Source of the DNA: Octopus vulgaris
Taxonomy: Eukaryota
DNA: 64,000 bases
Direction of reading: 5' to 3'
Assembly: GCA_951406725.2 (NCBI GenBank)
Contig: OX597825.1
Coordinates: forward strand, 41,788,001-41,852,000
Every line of letters starts with the position of its first letter. Within the stretch, counting starts at the first letter, position 1. Shown one piece after another: positions 1 to 10,931 of the stretch. Below the pieces are notes generated by a model that had not been told where the DNA came from, did no database searches, and saw nothing but the letters and a program-made list of their open reading frames with translations. Made by a program: the position numbers and the translations under genes.

Positions 1-1502
1 GGATGTTTGTTTTAGTGTGTCTTGGGTGGCATGAATTAAAAAGAAGGTATTGTTTGGCGTCTGTGGCTTTGTAAAAAATGTCTGTTTCTATTTTAAGGTT
101 AATTTTTTAATTAGTATATCCAAGAATGGGAGCTCCTTTTGGTTGTATTCCATTGTGAACTGTATATTTGGGTTTATGCTGTTCAATAGGTTTTTAAATT
201 TTAGGAGTTTATCTGTGTTTTCATTCCAGAGTATAAAACAATCGTCCAGGAATCGTTTCCAATTCTCTTTTATGTATTGAGAGAGGGGGTTTCCAAAGAT
301 TGATAAAGATTCCTGGTAAATGATTATTTCCAGGTAGCCCATTGTTAGGTTCGCAATGACTGGTGCTGCCCTTGTACCCATAGCAATTCCGGATTTTTGA
401 CGGTAAAATGTATTGTCAAACATGAAGTGGTTATTATGTAGGATGAATTCAATTGATTTAGTAATGAATTCTTTACTGATCCTTTTTGGTATTTCTTCCG
501 GAAATTGGTCCAGCCAGAACTGTATTGCCTCTAGTCCATAATTATGAGGTATACTGGTATATAAGTTAACTACATCAAATGAAACCATGATTGTTTCTTC
601 CTTGGCTTTTTTGGAAGGTGGTTTAACATATCTAAGTCATCTCTGATATGGCTATCGATATGTTTAAGGAAGGGTTTCAGGAGGATGTCCATAAATAGAC
701 TTAGTCTGTGTGTTTCACAGGTTGGGCCAGCTACAATGGGTCGTAGTTTTAGGTCCCCCGGGTTAGGTGTGTGTATGTATGTCTTTGGTGATTTTTTAAT
801 GGTTTCATTTATAATTTGGCTTTTATGAATTTTTGGCAGACCATCGAAGAGGCTAGGTTTGCATTTAAAGTTTGTTAGAAAGTCAATCTCTTTGGTTGTT
901 AGTTCCTTTTCATGGGTTTTAATTAGTGAAGATAGAGTTTTCATTATTTTTTGTGGGGTGTAGTTGGTGATTTTTTCATAATGTTGGTTGTCATCAAGCA
1001 AGGAAATTACAAGATTTCTATAGTATGATGTATCCATTATTACAACTGCATTTCCCTTGTCTGCTTCCTTAATGGTTATATCTTCATCATTTTGAAGTTC
1101 TATCAGTTCCTTCCATTGTGTAGTGTTAAAATTTGAGTTAACTTTCTGTTTATGTATAGTATGGTAGGGAAAGTTCTCAATGTGGTTACAGAATTCGTCA
1201 AGATCTTTATTTCTTCCTCTGTGGGGGATGTGTTCACTTTTGTTCTTGACTAGTGATTCATCTTCAGTATTGAAACTGGTTGATGCTTCTGCTAGTCTTA
1301 ATTTTCTGCAAAATTCTGTTATATTATCCTTGATTTCATTTAGGTTGGCTCTGCGTGGAGTTGGTGTAAATTTGAGCCCTTTTGAGAGGATGTCAATTTT
1401 TATGTTAGAAAGAGGTTTGGTTGAAAGATTGATTATCTTCGGTTTTTCCTTATTACTAGGTTCCAGCCTGTGTCCTGGTGTCTCTGGTCCCTGGCTAAAA
1501 AA
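1..1502 (-). pseudogene. PLE reverse transcriptase (pol) frame with two 1-nt frameshifts in A-runs (~606-612 and ~103-108)
   Basis: The frame is stop-free from 1607 to 570 (checked codon by codon upstream of 1037), continues in ORF 88..588, then resumes as IETDIFYKATDAKQYL..HP after a second shift. Confidence 0.88.
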
Positions 1503-2788
1503 TGTTGGGTGTAATTTTGTTTGTATGAGTTGTCTGTGAGGTTGTGTGATATTGGGTCGGGGGAATGGTGGTATTGTTGCCCCTGATTGTTGTGTGTGTG
1601 TGGGAGTCTATGGTTGTTTTTGTTTGTGGTGTGTGTAAAATTTCTGTATGTGAAATATTTTTGTTTCGAACTGCTTGTATGTGGGATGTTGCTTGACATA
1701 GTGTTTTTTTGCGTTTGTCTTGTGTTCAGTGGGGACCAGTAATTTTGGTTCATGGGGTAGTAGCAACTTGTGTGTGGTGTATTTCTTATTCTAGTGTCGT
1801 TTTGTGCTGTATGGTGGTTGGGTCTGGTATTAGGATATTGTTGGTGTGTTCTGTTTTTGGTGTAATTTATTTCATAGACGCGTTGTCTGTCAGCTTGTTC
1901 CCTGTTAAGTCTTGCGTGGTTTGAAAATGTTGGTTGTGGGTGATTTCTGTTTCTAGTGTATGGAGGATAGTTGGGGGTTGTTCGTGGGTTGTTTGGTTTT
2001 TCTTTTTTATTTTTTGTAATTTTCTTAAGGAAGGGATTATTTGTACCCAATTCATTTTTGAAAGTTAAACTATATCTTTGGAAGAAATCGTTGTTTTTTT
2101 CCCAGTGCAGGAGAGAATTTCTCTCTTCTTTTTCACAGGTATCCTTCTAATGATCTAATGTATTTTCGAGGGGTTGTCCCTCGGTATGTTTTTGTATTAT
2201 ATTGTGCATCTCCTCGTCGATGCTTTTAAATTTTTCCTCATTTGTGGAGGCCCTAAGTTTTAGAAGCTCTATTTCTGATCTTAAATTGAATAGAGCTGAC
2301 TTTTCCCTAATAGTTCTCTGTCCGTCAGGCTCGTTAGGAATTATTTTTATCTGGAATTTGCGTGGGAGGACAATTGGTGTTGAGTTCATCCATCCCTCGT
2401 ATATATCTGCTTTGTTGGAATTTTTTATCATGTTCCAGAAGGCGAGTTTTCTATTGTGCAGGTTTGTATTCCAAATGTTTCCTATTTTTCTTTTTGCTGG
2501 GTTAATTTGAGTTCGTATGATGTCCTGGTGTGTTTCATTTGGTGTGTGTTTTTTATTGTCGGATTTGTTGATGAAAATTGAATTTAGTGTTGTGTATAAC
2601 AGTTGCAACTCCTTACTAACCTGGTCAGTGTAGCGAGTTGTATCTTCACTGTTTTTACTTTCCCGAGCGAGTAGGTTTGAGTCCTCGATTTTGTTGTTTA
2701 AGGTAATGAGCTGTGTATTAATACTTTTAAGTTCTTTAAGTATGTCCTCATTTGTAGTTTTATCCGAGGTGTTAGTCTTCTGTGGCAT
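1433..2788 (-). pseudogene. PLE upstream ORF1 (~451 codons; helical/coiled-coil-like N-half, N/T/H/Q-rich C-half) with one internal TAG at 2147-2149
   Basis: ORFs 2147..2800 and 1433..2050 are in the same frame and the gap between them is open (KDTCEKEERNSLLHWEKNNDFF...). The TAG is plausibly a mutated TGG. First ATG is at 2788. Confidence 0.72.
1496..1502 (-). promoter_or_regulatory. Candidate -1 ribosomal frameshift slippery heptamer U_UUU_UUA between ORF1 and RT
   Basis: ORF1 reads CAT TTT TTA GCC; the -1 frame (TTT TTT AGC) is the RT frame, which has no ATG between 1607 and 1038. Confidence 0.55.
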
Positions 2789-3011
2789 TTTCGGTCTCAC
2801 GTGTTTAATATATAGATGAGAAAGTTGGTTTGTGAAAGCACGTGGTTGAATATATAGAAAATAGTAAAAGGTGAAAAAACTACAGAAGGCTTGTTTTAAA
2901 AGGTTAAAAAATATATATTTGAGTCAATATGTCTGAAGAATGTTATAAATTTTTTTCTTACAATGACATAGCTTAGAAAAAATGACCGGTTTCGCGTTCA
3001 GCTTTTCAAAT

Positions 3012-3200
3012 CGACAACAGATTGCATTCCCAGAATACAAAATGATACCCTTTAGTGAGCACATTGAGAAATGCGCAAAGCAACTACTACCACAATTTTT
3101 AATCTTTCCATTTTACCAATGTGCTATCGGAACACCAACACAAATTAGACTAAACAAGGAAACATTCTTCATTGAAAAATACAAGCCCAAACTTAACCAT
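3012..3200 (+). pseudogene. Inverted fragment of PLE GIY-YIG endonuclease C-terminus
   Basis: RQQIAFPEYKMIPFSEHIEKCA...RLNKETFFIEKYKPKLN resembles the end of PLE endonucleases; it lies between the inverted arms. Confidence 0.75.
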
Positions 3201-3363
3201 TCCAACATACTTTTACAGAGAAATTCACTCCAAAAGAAAAGCAAAAAATTTTATGCGATTATCTCCCTTACACCGGAAGAAATCACTTATTACCTCCCCT
3301 TATCTGGAACTCTTCTCAACATAAACATAACGATAACTCTTCTCAACGTAAACATAACGATGT

Positions 3364-3403
3364 AAGAAATTTGAAAAGCTGAACGCGAAACCGGTCATTT
3401 CTT
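3364..3403 (+). ncRNA. Minimal type I hammerhead ribozyme motif, U3-A8 core variant
   Basis: aagaaat-UUGAAAA-gc(tgaac)gc-GAAA-ccg-GUC-atttctt: perfect 7-bp stem I, 2-bp stem II, palindromic stem III (accggt). Confidence 0.72.
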
Positions 3404-3523
3404 CTAAACTATGTCATTGTAAGAAAAAAATTTATAACATTCTTCAGACATATTGACTCAAATATATATTTTTTAACCTTTTAAAACAAGCCTTCTGTAG
3501 TTTTTTCACCTTTTACTATTTTC

Positions 3524-3597
<74 letters not shown>

Positions 3598-3674
3598 CAT
3601 ATATATATATACATATATACATATACATATATATATATATACATATATACATATATATATACATATGTATATAC

Positions 3675-3722
<48 letters not shown>
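3524..3722. repeat. (TA)n/(TACA)n microsatellite
   Basis: Directly visible; source of the YIYI ORFs. Confidence 0.97.
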
Positions 3723-5320
3723 GGACACATAAGAGGTGCAGCAATGTCAAAGGACGGCTAACTAGGAAGATGGTTTTTGTATGTGGCAGATGTTCAGGAA
3801 CAATAAACACTGAAAATGCTCTGAGACCAACTTCAGTCACTTTCCAGGGAGAAAAACTAGAAGTAGTTGATAGTTTCCGTTACCTTGGTGACCAAGTCAG
3901 TTGCGGGGCAGGTGTGCTGAATGTATAACTGCTAGAGTAAGAATAGCCTGGGCAAAGTTTAGAGAGCTCTTACCCCTGCTGGTGACAAAAGGCCTCTCGC
4001 TCAAAGTAAAAGGCAGACTGTATGATGCATGTGTACGTACAGCCATGCTACATGGTAGTGAAACTTGGGCTGTGACTGCTGAGGATTTGCGTAAGCTCGC
4101 AAGAAATGAAGCTAGTATGCTCCGATGGATGTGTAATGTCAGTGTTCATAATCGACAGAGTGTAAGTACCTTGAGAGAAAAGTTGAACCTAAGAAGCATC
4201 AGTTGTTGTGTGCAAGAGAGACGTTTGCGCTGGTATGGTCATGTGATGAGAATGGCTGAAGATAGTTGTGTGCGAAAGTGCCACACCCTGGCAGTTGAGG
4301 AGACCTGTGGAAGAAGTAGACCCAGGAAAATCTGAGTCGAGGTGGGGAAGCACGACCTTCGAACTTTAGGTCTCACCAAGGAAATGACCAGAGACCGAGA
4401 CCTTTGGAAGTATGCTGTGCGTGAGAAAACCCGGCAAGACCAGTGAGAACAGTCAAAATCAAAATCAAACCAAATCAATACATCTATCAGAAAGCAGAAC
4501 CAAATTGAGGTCGATCAACATCAGGGCCCCCGTGCAGGTGACACGTAAAAGCACCATCCGTTCGTGGCCGTTTGCCAGCCCTGTCTGGCCCCCGTGTCGG
4601 TGGCACGTAAAAGCACCATCCGTTCGTGTTCGTTGCCAGCCTGGCCTGGCCCCCGTGCCGGTGACACGTAAAAGCACCATCCGTTTCGTGGCCGTTTGCC
4701 AGCTCTGTCTGGCCCCCATGCCGGTGACACGTAAAAGCACCATCCGTTCGTGGCCGTTTGCCAACCCTGTCTGGCCCCCATGTCGGCATGTAAAAGCACT
4801 ATCCGTTCGTGTCCGTTGCCAGCCTTGCCTGGCCCCAGTGCCGGTGACACGTAAAAGCACCATCCGTTTCGTGGCCGTTTGCCAGCTCTGTCTTTCCCCC
4901 GTGCCGGTGACACGTAAAAGCACCATCCGTTTCGTGGCCGTTTGCCAGCTCTGTCTGGCCCCCGTGTTGGTGGCACGTAAAAGCACCATCCGTTCGTGAC
5001 CGTTGCCAGCCTCGCCTGGCCCCCGTGCCTGTGACACGTAAAAGCACCATCCGTTTCATGGCCGTTTGCCAGCTCTGTCTGGCCCCCGTGCTGGTGGCAC
5101 GTAAAAGCACCATCCGTTCGTGTCCGTTTGCCAGCTCTGTCTGGCACCTGTGCAGGTGGCACGTAAAAAGCACCCACTACACTCACGGAGTGGTTGGCAT
5201 TAGGAAGGGCATCCAGCCGTAGAAACACTGCCAGATCTGACTGGGCCTGATGAAGCCTTCCAGCTTCACAGGTCCCAGTTGAACCGTCCAACCCATGCTA
5301 GCATGGAGAACAGACGCTAA

Positions 5321-5354
<34 letters not shown>
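3722..5354 (+). mobile_element. 5'-truncated RTE-clade LINE: RT C-terminus, minisatellite 3' UTR and (GAT)n tail
   Basis: [52 protein letters not shown] and RRLRWYGHVMR, with a frameshift near 3905. The 3' end runs into (GAT)n at ~5322-5354. Confidence 0.88.
4525..5172 (+). repeat. ~60-63 bp GC-rich tandem minisatellite (~11 units) in the LINE 3' UTR
   Basis: Recurrent unit ggcccccgtgccggtg(a/g)cacgtaaaagcaccatccgttcgtggccgtttgccagc. Confidence 0.93.
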
Positions 5355-5385
<31 letters not shown>

Positions 5386-5587
5386 GTTATCTTTGTAAAT
5401 ATTTTGACTGCACATCTGGTGTGGCATTGGTTTATTTTTGTTCATATATATTTGTTTTGTGTGGGGGCTGTTTTTTTATGCTGACAATTGTTAATAATAT
5501 TTTACAAACGACTTCATGGTGTGTTGTTGTTTTGGATTCACCCTATCCTCATTGATTTTGTAAATTCAAGTTATGGCTAGCAGGTTG

Positions 5588-6080
5588 TAATACTACACTG
5601 AACTATTGAGGAATCTACAGTTACTTTATCCAGATTACAAGTTCCAATTTATACCTTTAGTTATTGGAGCAATGGGATATGTAACACACTGCCTAAATAC
5701 CAATCTTGAGAAATTAGGCTTTTCAAAACCAGAAAGGAGAAAGCTTATTTGAAGACTACATATCCAATCCATCTCTAGAACTGTAAAATTCTTTAAAACT
5801 TTCCAGAAGTTTATCATTTAAATATATGTGGGAATGTCTAGATATGCAACAATATGAATAATATATACATAAAACAAAGCATACAAATCTGCACACACAC
5901 ACACACTCACACATACATACATACATACATACATACATACATACATACATACATACATACATACATACATACATGCAAAAATACCCGTTGATGTTGTTGA
6001 AATTGGATCTAGGTGGGGAACTGACACTTTCTCTATTGGTAAGAAATGTTGAAATAAAACTGAATAATGACTGACTTGAC
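5588..6080 (+). mobile_element. R4/Dong-type LINE 3' end (C-terminus after the restriction-like endonuclease, plus 3' UTR) interleaved with (CATA)n
   Basis: NYTELLRNLQLLYPDYKFQFIPLVIGAMG...KTFQK. A second decayed copy (KFTFIPIIIGAL) follows at ~6258-6410. Confidence 0.72.
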
Positions 6081-6258
6081 ATGCATACATGCATGCATAC
6101 ATACATAAATACATACATACATACATACATACATACATACATACATACATACATACATGCATGCATGCATGCATGCATGCATACATACATACATACATAC
6201 ATACATACATACATACATACATACATACAAACAAACAAACAAACAAACAAACAAACAA
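6081..6258. repeat. (CATA)n/(CATG)n/(CAAA)n compound microsatellite
   Basis: Directly visible; a similar tract lies at ~5910-5975. Confidence 0.95.
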
Positions 6259-6528
6259 ATTTACATTTATACCAATAATAATTGGAGCACTTGTAAGTAA
6301 ATGTCAATCTGCATAAACCTAGATTTTCAGAAAAAGAAATCAACTGATTCACACGTTACAAATATAATCTGTAAGCAGAAAAGTAAAACTATGAAAGACT
6401 TTCCCCAGGTTTAAAATGTGACATTGTTTCTATCATCTGCATTCCAAAAATCGAGCTTTGTATCTTTGTTAGAAATCAGCCACTTCTTCAGAGGAAGAAT
6501 TTAAATGATTTAAAACAGAACACACACA

Positions 6529-6579
<51 letters not shown>

Positions 6580-6594
6580 CTACGTACACATGTA

Positions 6595-6633
<39 letters not shown>

Positions 6634-9174
6634 ATGTGCACACATTGATGCAAGGTCACAAAGAATCATAGAACAAACAAATATTCAGTTTATCAGTAAC
6701 TGTTTCTCAGATCTTTGAATTTTTCTATTGAATTTACCATGTCATCATTGAAGCAAAAAATCTATAATAGTACACCAATCCAGTGTTCTGAACTTAACCA
6801 TTTCACTTGAATAGTTCCCATGATTTGAAATCACTAAAAATTGGAAAAGAATTACAATTTGAATTAAATTTATGATCATGTTTAACAAACATCTAATATC
6901 AGACCATTTTAAAAAGTTGATGAAAATACACTGCAAAGTTCAGGATATTTCTTTAAGCTAGTAAAGATCATATTATCTAAAATTCAAAAGAATTTGAGAT
7001 AAAATTAAAAGAATAATCTATGTTAAATTGGCAATTTAAAGCTCATCAGATGTCAAGTGACCTTTGTGCTTCTACAAACCAGCTATTTCAGCAACCAATT
7101 ATTTATGCATTTAGAATTTCCTGTTTGCTGGTCCTTTCCTATACTTTGTGTACAAATATATTATATTATCTCTGCCATTACAATGTTCTGCTATCTTAGG
7201 GCTAAATTATATAGTTTCTGTATGGTGTGAAAAATGTCTACATGTGCATTAAATCTAAAACTTAGCTTGGAAAATTACAATATTTTATTACAAATGCTTA
7301 TGAAATTTTGGGTTATACAAAATGTACTAACCAACGCAAATGCTTGAAACGGTTCAATATTTTGTCATTATTTCTTTAAATTGACTTAATATTGGATATT
7401 TATCAAATCCAAACATAATTCTTTGACAATTCTTTTCAAATATTTTTAAAATTTAGTGTAATATAAACTGTACAAGCAAATGGATAAGGTCTGTATGATG
7501 CCATTATTAATTCAGCAGAAAGTTTCAGAGGTTTAAGAACCAGTTATTTATGTACTGACTATCTCTTCATCTACACCTCCATTCATCCATTTATCCATTT
7601 ATCTAGATGGGTAATAATAGATAGTGTCACTCCATTCATAAATGGTTCGATGTGGAAATGACTTCAGTGCTTTGGAGAAAAATATTTAATATTATTCTGT
7701 ACAATCTATGTATGTAGCATTTAATGATGAATGTAATTGAAGACAATCAAAATACACCTAGCATTTATATTGTTTGTAATGTAATTAACTGAACAGAACT
7801 AAAGTAAAAATCATAATATATTGCATGCACAACATTTATATTATTCCCCAGGCACTTGACAGGAAAATAAATATTTTAAATTATGTATATGTTTATTAGT
7901 GATAGATATTTCTTTACAATCTACTGTACTTTGTTCAGTGGGATTGTATGTTTAAGTTCAAGGCCATATGCATTTAATATAAAAGTAAAGATGTTGTTCG
8001 GTGTATTAAAATTTGCTAAAGCATTAATTACAAAGTTATATCATCCAGCATAAAATTATGGACAGTTATTGTCTTCAGTTTCATTCTATAGTTAAGATTC
8101 TTGTTTAAAGCACTTGCTGTAAATATATGTAGTATTTTTAAGCACATTTTTAATAATCTTTTTTATTACATAGATAACTGAAAAGGTGAAGTGAATTGAA
8201 CTAGACCAGAATTTTCTCATAAACAGTTGAATACATCTCTTTCTAGAGAATGTTTTCTTTCTGATGCAAAAATAAAATGATAGATAACTCTTAAGATAGA
8301 TGCTCTGAAAAGTGTTTAACTAATCATATAGTTTTTAATGATGTTCTCTCTTAAGACTGTATCTTCAAGACAACTGACATATTTATCCCATCTCAAAAAT
8401 CACATACTTCAAAAGAAAATATAATGTCAGACAAAAATGATGTCTTTTGTGGCTCCCTCTAAACTTTCAACAATCATAATGTTTTCAAAATAACCATGGA
8501 ATGTCTATGAGTACTGCCAGTACATCTGCAACCAATATGCTTTTTTAACAGAAGAAATTAAATGATATCACATTACCAAAAAAATGCATTCTAAAATACT
8601 GATCTAAACTGCAATCAGGACAAGTATTTATGATACAGAGCATAGAGATATCAGATGGGATGCAACAAAATCAACACCAGTTGGTTAACAAAACACACTC
8701 GCCAATAAATTATGGAAAAGAATGACAGTTTAGAGACACCAATTATAAAATGCAACTCATACCAAAAGAGCATACCATACACCTGTTTTGATGCATCAGC
8801 TATTAAGTAATAATTTATTAAATAGAGAGAATAGCAAGTTTAGCAGAATGAGATATGTATGATATGCAGAAGATATAGGACAATAACTAAACTGACATTC
8901 AACAAGTAAGCAATTATCAAAGCAGGACATGTTATTTTAAAGCAGGATGTTAATAAAAGTGACAAACAGAAGCAGAATAACTGCTAAGGGTAAATACTCA
9001 TTGCATTCTTAGAATTCTTGTGCTTCACCCAAATCATTCAAATACACAATTGCAAAAGCATACAGGATTGTTATATCTCTGGAGCTTTTGTTCCTTGTAT
9101 ATATAACAGATATGATGTAACATAATACAATATATAATATATTACATTATACACTATAATATAAGATATATCCA

Positions 9175-9400
9175 TCATCATTTTAACACTTACTTTCCCT
9201 TTCTTGCAAGGCTTGGAAAGAATTCTTTGAAGGGGATTTTCTACAGCTGGATGTCTTTCTTGTTGCCAAACCTCACATGTTTCTAAGCAAGATAATATTT
9301 ATCCATGGACAGACATGTTTTCATGCAAGGCTGGAAATGAAAGACACTACTTGCAGGACGGTGACACTCATTTACAACTACCATGCAATGTCAAAGTAAA
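9175..9400 (-). mobile_element. Degenerate SINE-like repeat sharing the RTE 3' tail
   Basis: Reverse complement resembles 63612-63830 and the 'aggaagggcatccagctgtagaaa' tail of the RTE. Confidence 0.5.
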
Positions 9401-9704
9401 ATGACACCCACCCACCAGCCTATATGACAATTAAGGAAACCAATGTAACACACACACAACACTCACACAAGCACACATATTTCTTTCAGTTTCCAATTAC
9501 CAAATCCACTCACAAAACATTGGTTGACTTTGGACTATAATAGCAGTCACTTTCACATGGTGCCATACAACAAGACTGAACCTAGAACCACATTCACACT
9601 ATGTAATATTTGTTTTATATATATACACATACATACATATATAATCAATCCAAACATGAGCAAGCAAGAAAACACAACAACACAAAGACGTGTGTGTGTG
9701 TGTG

Positions 9705-9740
<36 letters not shown>

Positions 9741-9781
9741 GGGTGTGTGTGTGTGTGTGTATGTTTGTGTATATGTGTATG

Positions 9782-9853
<72 letters not shown>

Positions 9854-9854
<1 letters not shown>

Positions 9855-10239
9855 TAGCAGTATCACCCGGTGTTGCTTGGGCTTGTTTCAACCCTTTAGA
9901 ATTGGAATTCTTGAAAAGTAAAAATTTTGCATTATGCAACTTGTTATTCTCTTCAAGTGAACATTTTTCCAGTTGAAATACACTGAAAAATGGTGACACA
10001 GCAGTCAAAAATTGTAAAGAATAGGGGTTTTCATAGAAAAAAAGCACCCTTTTGATGTAAATAACTTTTGGTGTTAGCATGGTCTAATTTGAATTTTATC
10101 TTCTACAGAATGAAGAGCAAGCCTTCTATCATACTCTCAATTTTAGTCAACTTGCACTGCAGGGTCTCGAAGGAGATAGTGTTAGTTGAAGGCTACCAAA
10201 CCTGCCACACACAGACAACTTCAGCTTTATATATATAGA
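9854..10239 (-). mobile_element. Non-autonomous Helitron-type element
   Basis: Minus strand starts A|TCTATATATATAAAGCTGAAGTTGTCTGTGTGT and ends cccaagcaacaccggg (subterminal hairpin remnant) ... CTAG|T: 5'-TC, 3'-CTAG, A|T target, no TSD. Confidence 0.72.
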
Positions 10240-10931
10240 TTTGCTACACACTACTTTCCATCCTTAATAATGAAACTTGGTAGATCCAAAAGTTAAACAC
10301 ACAGACACACACACTGATACACACACAGACATACAAGTTGAGTTTTATATATATATAGATTTCTCAGGGGAGAGTTTCAGGGAGTTGCTGGCAATGTATC
10401 ATGATGATAAAAAATCCGGCCTGCTAAAATTTGGTTAAAATGATTCAAACTGCAGACTCAACGCAAAATGGTCACATTTAATTCAAAGCGTTAAAAATAT
10501 TATGAAAACAATTGGTATGTGTTCACAAAGTCCAAACGATTAATACGAAAAAACCCTCCAGGCTACATCCAGAAAATTCATTTCTTTGCTAAATTTCTAC
10601 AATGTTTACAGTGATTCATTTTTATATCTTCATTTTTATATTTTTCATGCAATTTATGCATACTTGCATGCATGGTGAACACAGTTCACGTCAAACAGCT
10701 GACTGATTCAAGTTCACTATTCAATGCATGGGATAAGGCCTAAACAAACACATTATCGATTTTTGCACTTGCGAGATGAATTTCGGAACAGAAATAGCGA
10801 AGTTCAATTTTCATTCGCCTAAACTTTAAGTGACCCATTTTTGGTGGTTCTACGATTTGTTGGCTAGGAGGAGATGTGCTGGGAAGTTAAACACACAGAC
10901 ACACAAGTTGAGTTTTATATATGTAGATATA

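Larger units (their letters stand above)
1..3530 (-). mobile_element. Penelope-like retroelement (runs off the left window edge) with an inverted pseudo-LTR at its 5' end
   Basis: Minus-strand PLE RT motifs (IINLS..LSKGLKFTPT, IKEADKGNAVVIMD, LPKIHK, LRPIV, SFDVVNLYTSI, QKSGIAMGT, RFLDDCF, LPFLD). 162-bp inverted arms at 2850-3011 and 3369-3530 enclose an inverted endonuclease C-terminus. Confidence 0.93.

Noticed and set aside
606-612. In-phase A_AAA_AAG heptamer that would also restore the RT frame by a -1 slip
   Set aside because: It lies within the RT region; with the similar shift at 103-108 it is better explained as a 1-nt homopolymer deletion or sequencing error.
2930-2985. CTGAAGA plus stem on the strand opposite the pLTR hammerhead
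   Set aside because: GAAA does not directly follow the stem and there is no stem III or NUH site.
3506-3840. YIYI/MYVC/HTYI ORFs here and near 5.8-6.3, 9.5-10, 16.3, 36.2, 37.1 and 53.7 kb
   Set aside because: Translations of (TA)n and (CATA)n microsatellites.
4525-5172. CRISPR-like regularly spaced repeats and overlapping long ORFs
   Set aside because: The inter-repeat segments are themselves homologous (no unique spacers), there are no cas genes, and the array sits in a LINE 3' UTR. The ORFs are repeat artefacts.
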